Positions 1 to 10,800 of a DNA stretch of 64,000 nt are shown piece by piece (position 1 is the first letter of the stretch; each line of letters begins with the position of its first letter). The DNA is taken from positions 10,245,097 to 10,309,096 of the forward strand of contig CM082598.2 of the NCBI GenBank assembly GCA_040954595.2, given 5' to 3'. The position numbers were made by a program, and so were the translations under genes. The stretch comes from Balanoglossus misakiensis. Lineage: Eukaryota > Animalia > Hemichordata. The notes under the pieces were generated by a model. It did no database searches. It was not told the origin of the DNA and worked only from the letters and a program-made list of their open reading frames with translations.

Positions 1-295
1 TCCCTGTTCACAAGCGACCGGTTACCCAAAACTGGCATAACACCGGTACAGTTCCATTCATCATTACCTTTACGGTGATGTAGTGACCTTTGGGCCGTTT
101 TGTACGAAGCGCTCCCATTTTTCTCTCAGTCCTTTGCTTTTCGGAAATCTATGTACACTATGTACACTACGGATAGTGTTTTTACAGCCCCCGACGACGC
201 ATCGTTTGATAATAATGATGGAAACGCGGGACTCTCGCTTTGGGCTAAGCTGTGCAACGATATCACTGTTTACATACTGGCAACGACTTCCCCCA

Positions 296-314
296 ATGAC
301 GTCATGTCACGTGG
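296..314. promoter_or_regulatory. Adjacent CRE (ATGACGTCAT) and E-box (GTCACGTGG) motifs
   Basis: Perfect palindromic CRE at 296-305 and USF/TFE-type GTCACGTG at 306-313. Motif match only; function unknown. Confidence 0.3.
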
Positions 315-795
315 TCTATACGCGGCAAATACGAATTGAGATTTTTTCTGAGGGACATGAATTTCGACGATTTTATTAATGAATCATTAATTATAGAAAA
401 CCACAGCCAAAATATAATGTCTTGATTTGGATAAAATGGTTATTTTACTAAATGAATCTTTTACACTCAAATGAAATAAAAATAGGTGTAATAATTCCTT
501 TAAACTATGACTGCATTGATATACCAAGGGGAACCCCGGTAAAATGACTGAGTAACCACGGTAACATTTACCTTGGTACCGCACAGTATGCATATGAGTA
601 CAATGTATGTGTGTTCATGTATATGCATTGTGTATGCCTATCCGAAAACTCATTTAAATGGACCATTATGTTGTACCATACTGTTGAAAAAGGGCGCTAC
701 ATGTATTGGAGCTTTAGTAATAATTGAAATACATGTAATGTGGAACAATTCTTCCTTTTTGTATACTGATTACCGCTTACTCCATGTTTACATAG

Positions 796-2021
796 TGATA
801 TGTGTAACTACTACCCTGACCTGTCCATATTTGAAGGCCCTAGTTGCCAGCGTCGCACTGCCCAGCAGAAGTGCCAAGGATTCCCAGGCCAATGTCACTA
901 TGGCAACCCAGGTCTCAAGGGGGTCAAGCATGGGTGCATTCAATGGTATGGCCTCCTCATCGACCTCGGCCCACTGGTCAAAGTAGGACGTCACACCACT
1001 CAAAATGAAACTGGGTTCCGACAGTAGTCTTGAAGGTGAATTTTTCATTCCTTATTTTTGCAGAACATGTATTTAATGCACTTGTCACTATTGCAAAAAG
1101 TAAGCGTTCACAAAATTTATGTCCAAATGTGCAAGAATCCTGTGTTTGAGTCAAGCTGAATAGCCAGAATACATGTCAAACATAAGTCTACCACAGGGCG
1201 CCCTACATGTCATGTGATAATTCTATGGAGATTCAACCTCATTGCTGGATATGCCATGGGCACTCAAGTGAAAAAGTTTGTAAAGGCTGCCGACAAGCAC
1301 TATTACGTACTCAACCCAGTCTATTGTCTCATTTTGATCATCGACGAATGGTATGACTTGCAACAGACATAATTATTAATGAGTATGAATTTTAATAAGC
1401 AATCTGTACTCTTATCTGGGCAGAATCCTGAGCCTGCAAACCAGATTAAATTTGACAGAAACTACATCAAAGTCGGTGCAGATTTGAGAGGTTGTTGTTG
1501 TTTTTTTACAGAGATACTTGAAGGGCTTCAAGAATTGGACGACATTTCCAAACGGAAAGTGGATATCTTGCATTATTTCACGGTAAGTTTACTCTGAAGT
1601 TTTGTCACTTTCACAGCCAAGACTTGGTTCAGTTCCAAAGCTTGAGTGACTTGGGCATTGCTTGAAGACCTGCATAAGTGTCATTTGAGAGTTCTGAATT
1701 CAACAAAACCACTAACCAAAGTTTTCCTTAGAAACTAGGAATATTGTAAGTGAAATTCAATTGAATCATGTGGCTGTCGAACATTGGTCCCAACAATAAC
1801 GACGAACACAATACGATAGAATTTTTACTCAATGACTTTCTGGCCTCATTTTCGCATCGTCTTGGAAGGGCAAATGAAAAAGGCATATCGATTATTGGTA
1901 CTCCACTTATTAGACTTTCCACTGTTTGTCAACAGCACTGCCAAGGAACTCCTGCCAGCCATCATTGATTGTCTGGATAGTAGTGCCCAGAGTGTCGTCA
2001 ATGTAGCTTTACAACATCTAC
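796..2021 (+). pseudogene. INTS1: First (partial) INTS1 pseudogene copy: exons 796-1035, 1512-1582, 1936-2021
   Basis: Splice signals tacatag|T at 796, GAAG|gtgaat at 1035, tttacag|AG at 1512, ACG|gtaagt at 1582, caacag|C at 1936. G+AG rebuilds a Glu codon across the intron. In-frame TAG at 984-986. The last exon is cut at 2021 without a donor site. Confidence 0.85.
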
Positions 2022-2075
2022 GCAAAACAAAACTCTTTTTTTTTTGGCCTAACTTAATATATTTGTTTATTTCAG

Positions 2076-4841
2076 TGCTATGAGCAATACTCCGTTGCGT
2101 TTACTGTCAGAGATGTATCTGCAACAACTCGATTTAATTCAGAGTGTCAGAAAAAGTGACTTGCTGGTCAAGAATGCAAACAGTGTCAGTCAGAGTGTCA
2201 CACAGGTGAGAGATTTTTTCTTTTTTTTTTACACACGGGTTAGACGTGGGCATTGCAGAGAGGGCAGCACCAATTTCATAAATGTGCGTAGCAGTAAATA
2301 CAGACTGCCTTTGCTTCCTTCCATATTTCATGCACACCGTGTAAGTAGACTTTACCTAATTGTGTCCCTTCTTTTCACCCAATTTTCTGTCTTTTCCTGA
2401 TCTCCAACACAGACTATGGTTGCCACCATCTTGTCTGTTGTTAGGACAGCACACTGCCTTATTGTGTTGACTGTGTGCAGTTTTTGTAACCAGAGCCTCT
2501 TGTTTGACACATGCGGGTAAGACGATTGTCACCCTTTAAGTGTCTTGGTTGATATTTGTTTCAGTTCAATGTGTTGACCCACAGTTTATTGTTGACGTTG
2601 GCCGCAACAAAAGCTGGACGAAATTGCGAAAACAAAATGAATGATGCCAACATTGCGCTCCGAAAAATAGCAACATCTCATCCGACATTGTTACTCAGGT
2701 AAGCAAATAAGTATGTCCAATCACACCAAAGTATTGCAAGCTGGGCATCTATGCAAGAATTCACAAAAGGTTATCATTCCTGAATTTGACTTGCAACAGT
2801 AGTTCGATAGTTAGCCAAATTTCACTGTAACATGTCACTTGTGGTCAGTCTTGACTGGTGGAGCATGCTGGCCTGGTATGCCTTACCCATTCCAGACACC
2901 TGGTACCACCACTTAAAAGTGGTTCAAGATGATCCTGTTGACATTATCATTCTTTCTCATATTTTTGGACATGGTAATTAGCTTACCTTGAATGATATTG
3001 ATTATTGGACCTGATTTGATGCCCTATTTATCTCATTTTCAAATTTCAGACAAATGGCCATGATTTCAGCCGCTTTGAAAGGACGCGTTCATTTGACGTT
3101 TCCCGAGTTCTGATCTCGCCTCCACCGTCTCTTCTTCTCGCACATTCTCGGCTTATTGGAGTTGCTTCAACCGTACGTCTTCCAGCAGGATACAGAACTG
3201 CTACACACAACAATGACATCTTATTTCCACCTCATCAGGGTAAGAACTCACTACACAATTATATAGTCCTGTAGCCTTTTCATGGCCATCACAAACATTT
3301 TAACTATTAACGCTTTTGCTTAAACTATGACTGCATTGATATACCAAGGGGAACCCCGGTAAAATGACTGAGTAACCACGGTAACATTTACCTTGGTACC
3401 GCACAGTATGCATATGAGTACAATGTATGTGTGTTCATGTATATGCATTGTGTATGCCTATCCGAAAACTCATTTAAATGGACCATTATGTTGTACCATA
3501 CTGTTGAAAAAGGGCGCTACATGTATTGGAGCTTTAGTAATAATTGAAATACATGTAATGTGGAACAATTCTTCCTTTTTGTATACTGATTACCGCTTAC
3601 TCCATGTTTACATAGTGATATGTGTAACTACTACCCTGACCTGTCCATATTTGAAGGCCCTAGTTGCCAGCGTCGCACTGCCCAGCAGAAGTGCCAAGGA
3701 TTCCCAGGCCAATGTCACTATGGCAACCCAGGTCTCAAGGGGGTCAAGCATGGGTGCATTCAATGGTATGGCCTCCTCATCGACCTCGGCCCACTGGTCA
3801 AAGTAGGACGTCACACCACTCAAAATGAAACTGGGTTCCTACAGTAGTCTTGAAGGTGAATTTTTCATTCCTTATTTTTGCAGAACATGTATTTAATGCA
3901 CTTGTCACTATTGCAAAAAGTAAGCGTTCACAAAATTTATGTCCAAATGTGCAAGAATCCTGTGTTTGAGTCAAGCTGAATAGCCAGAATACATGTCAAA
4001 CATAAGTCTACCACAGGGCGCCCTACATGTCATGTGATAATTCTATGGAGATTCAACCTCATTGCTGGATATGCCATGGGCACTCAAGTGAAAAAGTTTG
4101 TAAAGGCTGCCGACAAGCACTATTACGTACTCAACCCAGTCTATTGTCTCATTTTGATCATCGACGAATGGTATGACTTGCAACAGACATAATTATTAAT
4201 GAGTATGAATTTTAATAAGCAATCTGTACTCTTATCTGGGCAGAATCCTGAGCCTGCAAACCAGATTAAATTTGACAGAAACTACATCAAAGTCGGTGCA
4301 GATTTGAGAGGTTGTTGTTGTTTTTTTACAGAGATACTTGAAGGGCTTCAAGAATTGGACGACATTTCCAAACGGAAAGTGGATATCTTGCATTATTTCA
4401 CGGTAAGTTTACTCTGAAGTTTTGTCACTTTCACAGCCAAGACTTGGTTCAGTTCCAAAGCTTGAGTGACTTGGGCATTGCTTGAAGACCTGCATAAGTG
4501 TCATTTGAGAGTTCTGAATTCAACAAAACCACTAACCAAAGTTTTCCTTAGAAACTAGGAATATTGTAAGTGAAATTCAATTGAATCATGTGGCTGTCGA
4601 ACATTGGTCCCAACAATAACGACGAACACAATACGATAGAATTTTTACTCAATGACTTTCTGGCCTCATTTTCGCATCGTCTTGGAAGGGCAAATGAAAA
4701 AGGCATATCGATTATTGGTACTCCACTTATTAGACTTTCCACTGTTTGTCAACAGCACTGCCAAGGAACTCCTGCCAGCCATCATTGATTGTCTGGATAG
4801 TAGTGCCCAGAGTGTCGTCAATGTAGCTTTACAACATCTAC
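2076..4841 (+). pseudogene. INTS1: INTS1 C-terminal genomic fragment, one colinear representative copy (exons 2076-2205, 2565-2698, 3050-3239, 3616-3855, 4332-4402, 4756-4841); repeated in every unit
   Basis: Exons bounded by AG/GT, with compatible phases where adjacent, translate to RLLSEMYLQQ...VTQ | FNVLTH...NDANIALRKIATSHPTLLLR | QMAMISAALKGRVHLTFPEF*SR...HILGLLELLQPYVF | ...LKALVASVALPSR... | EILEGLQELDDISKRKVDILHYFT | TAKELLPAIIDCLDSSAQSVVNVALQHL. These match, in order, human INTS1 C-terminal segments as I recall them (DASMACRKLAVAHPLLLLRHLPMIAALLHGRTHLNFQEF; HVLGLLELLQPHVF; LKSLLAGLSLPSR; LEVLSDIDEMSRRRPEILSFF; FLPTFMYCLGSQDFEVVQTALRNL). Lesions: TGA 3111-3113, TAG 3804-3806, and a +1 frameshift near 3648. 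Confidence 0.9.
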
Positions 4842-7800
4842 GCAAAACAAAACTCTTTTTTTTTTGGCCTAACTTAATATATTTGTTTATTTCAGTGCTA
4901 TGAGCAATACTCCGTTGCGTTTACTGTCAGAGATGTATCTGCAACAACTCGATTTAATTCAGAGTGTCAGAAAAAGTGACTTGCTGGTCAAGAATGCAAA
5001 CAGTGTCAGTCAGAGTGTCACACAGGTGAGAGATTTTTTCTTTTTTTTTTACACACGGGTTAGACGTGGGCATTGCAGAGCGGGCAGCACCAATTTCATA
5101 AATGTGCGTAGCAGTAAATACAGACTGCCTTTGCTTCCTTCCATATTTCATGCACACCGTGTAAGTAGACTTTACCTAATTTTGTCCCTTCTTTTCACCC
5201 AATTTTCTGTCTTTTCCTGATCTCCAACACAGACTATGGTTGCCACCATCTTGTCTGTTGTTAGGACAGCACACTGCCTTATTGTGTTGACTGTGTGCAG
5301 TTTTTGTAACCAGAGCCTCTTGTTTGACACATGCGGGTAAGACGATTGTCACCCTTTAAGTGTCTTGGTTGATATTTGTTTCAGTTCAATGTGTTGACCC
5401 ACAGTTTATTGTTGACGTTGGCCGCAACAAAAGCTGGACGAAATTGCGAAAACAAAATGAATGATGCCAACATTGCGCTCCGAAAAATAGCAACATCTCA
5501 TCCGACATTGTTACTCAGGTAAGCAAATAAGTATGTCCAATCACACCAAAGTATTGCAAGCTGGGCATCTATGCAAGAATTCACAAAAGGTTATCATTCC
5601 TGAATTTGACTTGCAACAGTAGTTCGATAGTTAGCCAAATTTCACTGTAACATGTCACTTGTGGTCAGTCTTGACTGGTGGAGCATGCTGGCCTGGTATG
5701 CCTTACCCATTCCAGACACCTGGTACCACCACTTAAAAGTGGTTCAAGATGATCCTGTTGACATTATCATTCTTTCTCATATTTTTGGACATGGTAATTA
5801 GCTTACCTTGAATGATATTGATTATTGGACCTGATTTGATGCCCTATTTATCTCATTTTCAAATTTCAGACAAATGGCCATGATTTCAGCCGCTTTGAAA
5901 GGACGCGTTCATTTGACGTTTCCCGAGTTCTGATCTCGCCTCCACCGTCTCTTCTTCTCGCACATTCTCGGCTTATTGGAGTTGCTTCAACCGTACGTCT
6001 TCCAGCAGGATACAGAACTGCTACACACAACAATGACATCTTATTTCCACCTCATCAGGGTAAGAACTCACTACACAATTATATAGTCCTGTAGCCTTTT
6101 CATGGCCATCACAAACATTTTAACTATTAACGCTTTTGCTTAAACTATGACTGCATTGATATACCAAGGGGAACCCCGGTAAAATGACTGAGTAACCACG
6201 GTAACATTTACCTTGGTACCGCACAGTATGCATATGAGTACAATGTATGTGTGTTCATGTATATGCATTGTGTATGCCTATCCGAAAACTCATTTAAATG
6301 GACCATTATGTTGTACCATACTGTTGAAAAAGGGCGCTACATGTATTGGAGCTTTAGTAATAATTGAAATACATGTAATGTGGAACAATTCTTCCTTTTT
6401 GTATACTGATTACCGCTTACTCCATGTTTACATAGTGATATGTGTAACTACTACCCTGACCTGTCCATATTTGAAGGCCCTAGTTGCCAGCGTCGCACTG
6501 CCCAGCAGAAGTGCCAAGGATTCCCAGGCCAATGTCACTATGGCAACCCAGGTCTCAAGGGGGTCAAGCATGGGTGCATTCAATGGTATGGCCTCCTCAT
6601 CGACCTCGGCCCACTGGTCAAAGTAGGACGTCACACCACTCAAAATGAAACTGGGTTCCTACAGTAGTCTTGAAGGTGAATTTTTCATTCCTTATTTTTG
6701 CAGAACATGTATTTAATGCACTTGTCACTATTGCAAAAAGTAAGCGTTCACAAAATTTATGTCCAAATGTGCAAGAATCCTGTGTTTGAGTCAAGCTGAA
6801 TAGCCAGAATACATGTCAAACATAAGTCTACCACAGGGCGCCCTACATGTCATGTGATAATTCTATGGAGATTCAACCTCATTGCTGGATATGCCATGGG
6901 CACTCAAGTGAAAAAGTTTGTAAAGGCTGCCGACAAGCACTATTACGTACTCAACCCAGTCTATTGTCTCATTTTGATCATCGACGAATGGTATGACTTG
7001 CAACAGACATAATTATTAATGAGTATGAATTTTAATAAGCAATCTGTACTCTTATCTGGGCAGAATCCTGAGCCTGCAAACCAGATTAAATTTGACAGAA
7101 ACTACATCAAAGTCGGTGCAGATTTGAGAGGTTGTTGTTGTTTTTTTACAGAGATACTTGAAGGGCTTCAAGAATTGGACGACATTTCCAAACGGAAAGT
7201 GGATATCTTGCATTATTTCACGGTAAGTTTACTCTGAAGTTTTGTCACTTTCACAGCCAAGACTTGGTTCAGTTCCAAAGCTTGAGTGACTTGGGCATTG
7301 CTTGAAGACCTGCATAAGTGTCATTTGAGAGTTCTGAATTCAACAAAACCACTAACCAAAGTTTTCCTTAGAAACTAGGAATATTGTAAGTGAAATTCAA
7401 TTGAATCATGTGGCTGTCGAACATTTGTCCCAACAATAACGACGAACACAATACGATAGAATTTTTACTCAATGACTTTCTGGCCTCATTTTCGCATCGT
7501 CTTGGAAGGGCAAATGAAAAAGGCATATCGATTATTGGTACTCCACTTATTAGACTTTCCACTGTTTGTCAACAGCACTGCCAAGGAACTCCTGCCAGCC
7601 ATCATTGATTGTCTGGATAGTAGTGCCCAGAGTGTCGTCAATGTAGCTTTACAACATCTACGCAAAACAAAACTCTTTTTTTTTGGCCTAACTTAATATA
7701 TTTGTTTATTTCAGTGCTATGAGCAATACTCCGTTGCGTTTACTGTCAGAGATGTATCTGCAACAACTCGATTTAATTCAGAGTGTCAGAAAAAGTGACT

Positions 7801-10800
7801 TGCTGGTCAAGAATGCAAACAGTGTCAGTCAGAGTGTCACACAGGTGAGAGATTTTTTCTTTTTTTTTACACACGGGTTAGACGTGGGCATTGCAGAGAG
7901 GGCAGCACCAATTTCATAAATGTGCGTAGCAGTAAATACAGACTGCCTTTGCTTCCTTCCATATTTCATGCACACCGTGTAAGTAGACTTTACCTAATTT
8001 TGTCCCTTCTTTTCACCCAATTTTCTGTCTTTTCCTGATCTCCAACACAGACTATGGTTGCCACCATCTTGTCTGTTGTTAGGACAGCACACTGCCTTAT
8101 TGTGTTGCCTGTGTGCAGTTTTTGTAACCAGAGCCTCTTGTTTGACACATGCGGGTAAGACGATTGTCACCCTTTAAGTGTCTTGGTTGATATTTGTTTC
8201 AGTTCAATGTGTTGACCCACAGTTTATTGTTGACGTTGGCCGCAACAAAAGCTGGACGAAATTGCGAAAACAAAATGAATGATGCCAACATTGCGCTCCG
8301 AAAAATAGCAACATCTCATCCGACATTGTTACTCAGGTAAGCAAATAAGTATGTCCAATCACACCAAAGTATTGCAAGCTGGGCATCTATGCAAGAATTC
8401 ACAAAAGGTTATCATTCCTGAATTTGACTTGCAACAGTAGTTCGATAGTTAGCCAAATTTCACTGTAACATGTCACTTGTGGTCAGTCTTGACTGGTGTA
8501 GCATGCTGGCCTGGTATGCCTTACCCATTCCAGACACCTGGTACCACCACTTAAAAGTGGTTCAAGATGATCCTGTTGACATTATCATTCTTTCTCATAT
8601 TTTTGGACATGGTAATTAGCTTACCTTGAATGATATTGATTATTGGACCTGATTTGATGCCCTATTTATCTCATTTTCAAATTTCAGACAAATGGCCATG
8701 ATTTCAGCCGCTTTGAAAGGACGCGTTCATTTGACGTTTCCCGAGTTCTGATCTCGCCACCACCTTCTCTTCTTCTCGCACATTCTCGGCTTATTGGAGT
8801 TGCTTCAACCGTACGTCTTCCAGCAGGATACAGAACTGCTACACACAACAATGACATCTTATTTCCACCTCATCAGGGTAAGAACTCACTACACAATTAT
8901 ATAGTCCTGTAGCCTTTTCATGGCCATCACAAACATTTTAACTATTAACGCTTTTGCTTAAACTATGACTGCATTGATATACCAAGGGGAACCCCGGTAA
9001 AATGACTGAGTAACCACGGTAACATTTACCTTGGTACCGCACAGTATGCATATGAGTACAATGTATGTGTGTTAATGTATATGCATCGTGTATGCCTATC
9101 CGTAAACTCATTTAAATGGACCACCATGTTGTACCATACTGTTGAAAAAGGCAGCTACATGTATTGGAGCTTTAGTAATAATTGAAATACATGTAATGTG
9201 GAACAATTCTTCCTTTTCGTATACTGATTACCGCTTACTCCATGTTTACATAGTGATTTGTGTAACTACTACCCTGACCTGCCAGCGTCGCACTGCCCAG
9301 CAGAAGTGCCAAGGATTCCCAGGCCAATGTCACTATGGCAACCCAGGTCTCAAGGGGGTCAAGCATGGGTGCATTCAATGGTATGGCCTCCTCATCGACC
9401 TCGGCCCACTGGTCAAAGTAGGACGTCACACCACTCAAAATGAAACTGGGTTCCGACAGTAGTCTTGAAGGTGAATTTTTCATTCCTTATTTTTGCAGAA
9501 CATGTATTTAATGCACTTGTCACTATTGCAAAAAGTAAGCGTTCACAAAATTTATGTCCAAATGTGCAAGAATCCTGTGTTTGAGTCAAGCTGAATAGCC
9601 AGAATACATGTCAAACATAAGTCTACCACAGGGCGCCCTACATGTCATCTGATAATTCTATGGAGATTCAACCTCATTGCTGGATATGCCATGGGCACTC
9701 AAGTGAAAAAGTTTGTAAAGGCTGCCGACAAGCACTATTACGTACTCAACCCAGTCTATTGTCTCATTTTGATCATCGACGAATGGTATGACTTGCAACA
9801 GACATAATTATTAATGAGTATGAATTTTAATAAGCAATCTGTACTCTTATCTGGGCAGAATCCTGAGCCTGCAAACCAGATTAAATTTGACAGAAACTAC
9901 ATCAAAGTCGGTGCAGATTTGAGAGGTTGTTGTTGTCTGTTTTTTTACAGAGATACTTGAAGGGCTTCAAGAATTGGACGACATTTCCAAACGGAAAGTG
10001 GATATCTTGCATTATTTCACGGTAAGTTTACTCTGAAGTTTTGTCACTTTCACAGCCAAGACTTGGTTCAGTTCCAAAGCTTGAGTGACTCGGGCATTAG
10101 TGTCATTTGAGAGTTCTGAATTCAACAAAACCACTAACCAAAGTTTTCCTTAGAAACTAGGAATATTGTAAGTGAAATTCAATTGAATCATGTGGCTGTC
10201 GAACATTTGTCCCAACAATAACGACAAACACAATACGATAGAATTTTTACTCAATGACTTTCTGGCCTCATTTTCGCATCGTCTTGGAAGGGCAAATGAA
10301 AAAGGCATATCGATTATTGGTACTCCACTTATTAGACTTTCCACTGTTTGTCAACAGCACTGCCAAGGAACTCCTGCCAGCCATCATTGATTGTCTGGAT
10401 AGTAGTGCCCAGAGTGTCGTCAATGTAGCTTTACAACATCTACGCAAAACAAAACTCTTTTTTTTTTGGCCTAACTTAATATATTTGTTTATTTCAGTGC
10501 TATGAGCAATACTCCGTTGCGTTTACTGTCAGAGATGTATCTGCAACAACTCGATTTAATTCAGAGTGTCAGAAAAAGTGACTTGCTGGTCAAGAATGCA
10601 AACAGTGTCAGTCAGAGTGTCACACAGGTGAGAGATTTTTTCTTTTTTTTTACACACGGGTTAGACGTGGGCATTGCAGAGAGGGCAGCACCAATTTCAT
10701 AAATGTGCGTAGCAGTAAATACAGACTGCCTTTGCTTCCTTCCATATTTCATGCACACCGTGTAAGTAGACTTTACCTAATTTTGTCCCTTCTTTTCACC

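Noticed and set aside
522-578. Inverted repeat TACCAAGG...CCTTGGTA as a structured RNA or MITE
   Set aside because: Only an 8-bp stem with an imperfect interior; no target duplication or RNA family features.
573-986. 137-aa plus ORF and other short ORFs in the unit as standalone genes
   Set aside because: They are intron-plus-exon read-throughs with non-ATG or arbitrary starts; only the exon parts resemble INTS1.
788-1048. Minus-strand 86-aa ORF (MKNSPSRLL...) repeated in each unit
   Set aside because: Antisense shadow of the INTS1 exon 796-1035; disrupted differently among units; no recognisable domain.
1064-1099. Apparent 36-nt in-frame microexon (ttttgcag|...|gtaagc)
   Set aside because: It would leave only a 28-nt intron after the 1036 donor, and the flanking exons join correctly without it.
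500-1217. LTR-internal-LTR interpretation of the array (this segment occurs at both ends)
   Set aside because: No TG..CA termini, PBS, PPT or target duplication; the segment contains a host exon.
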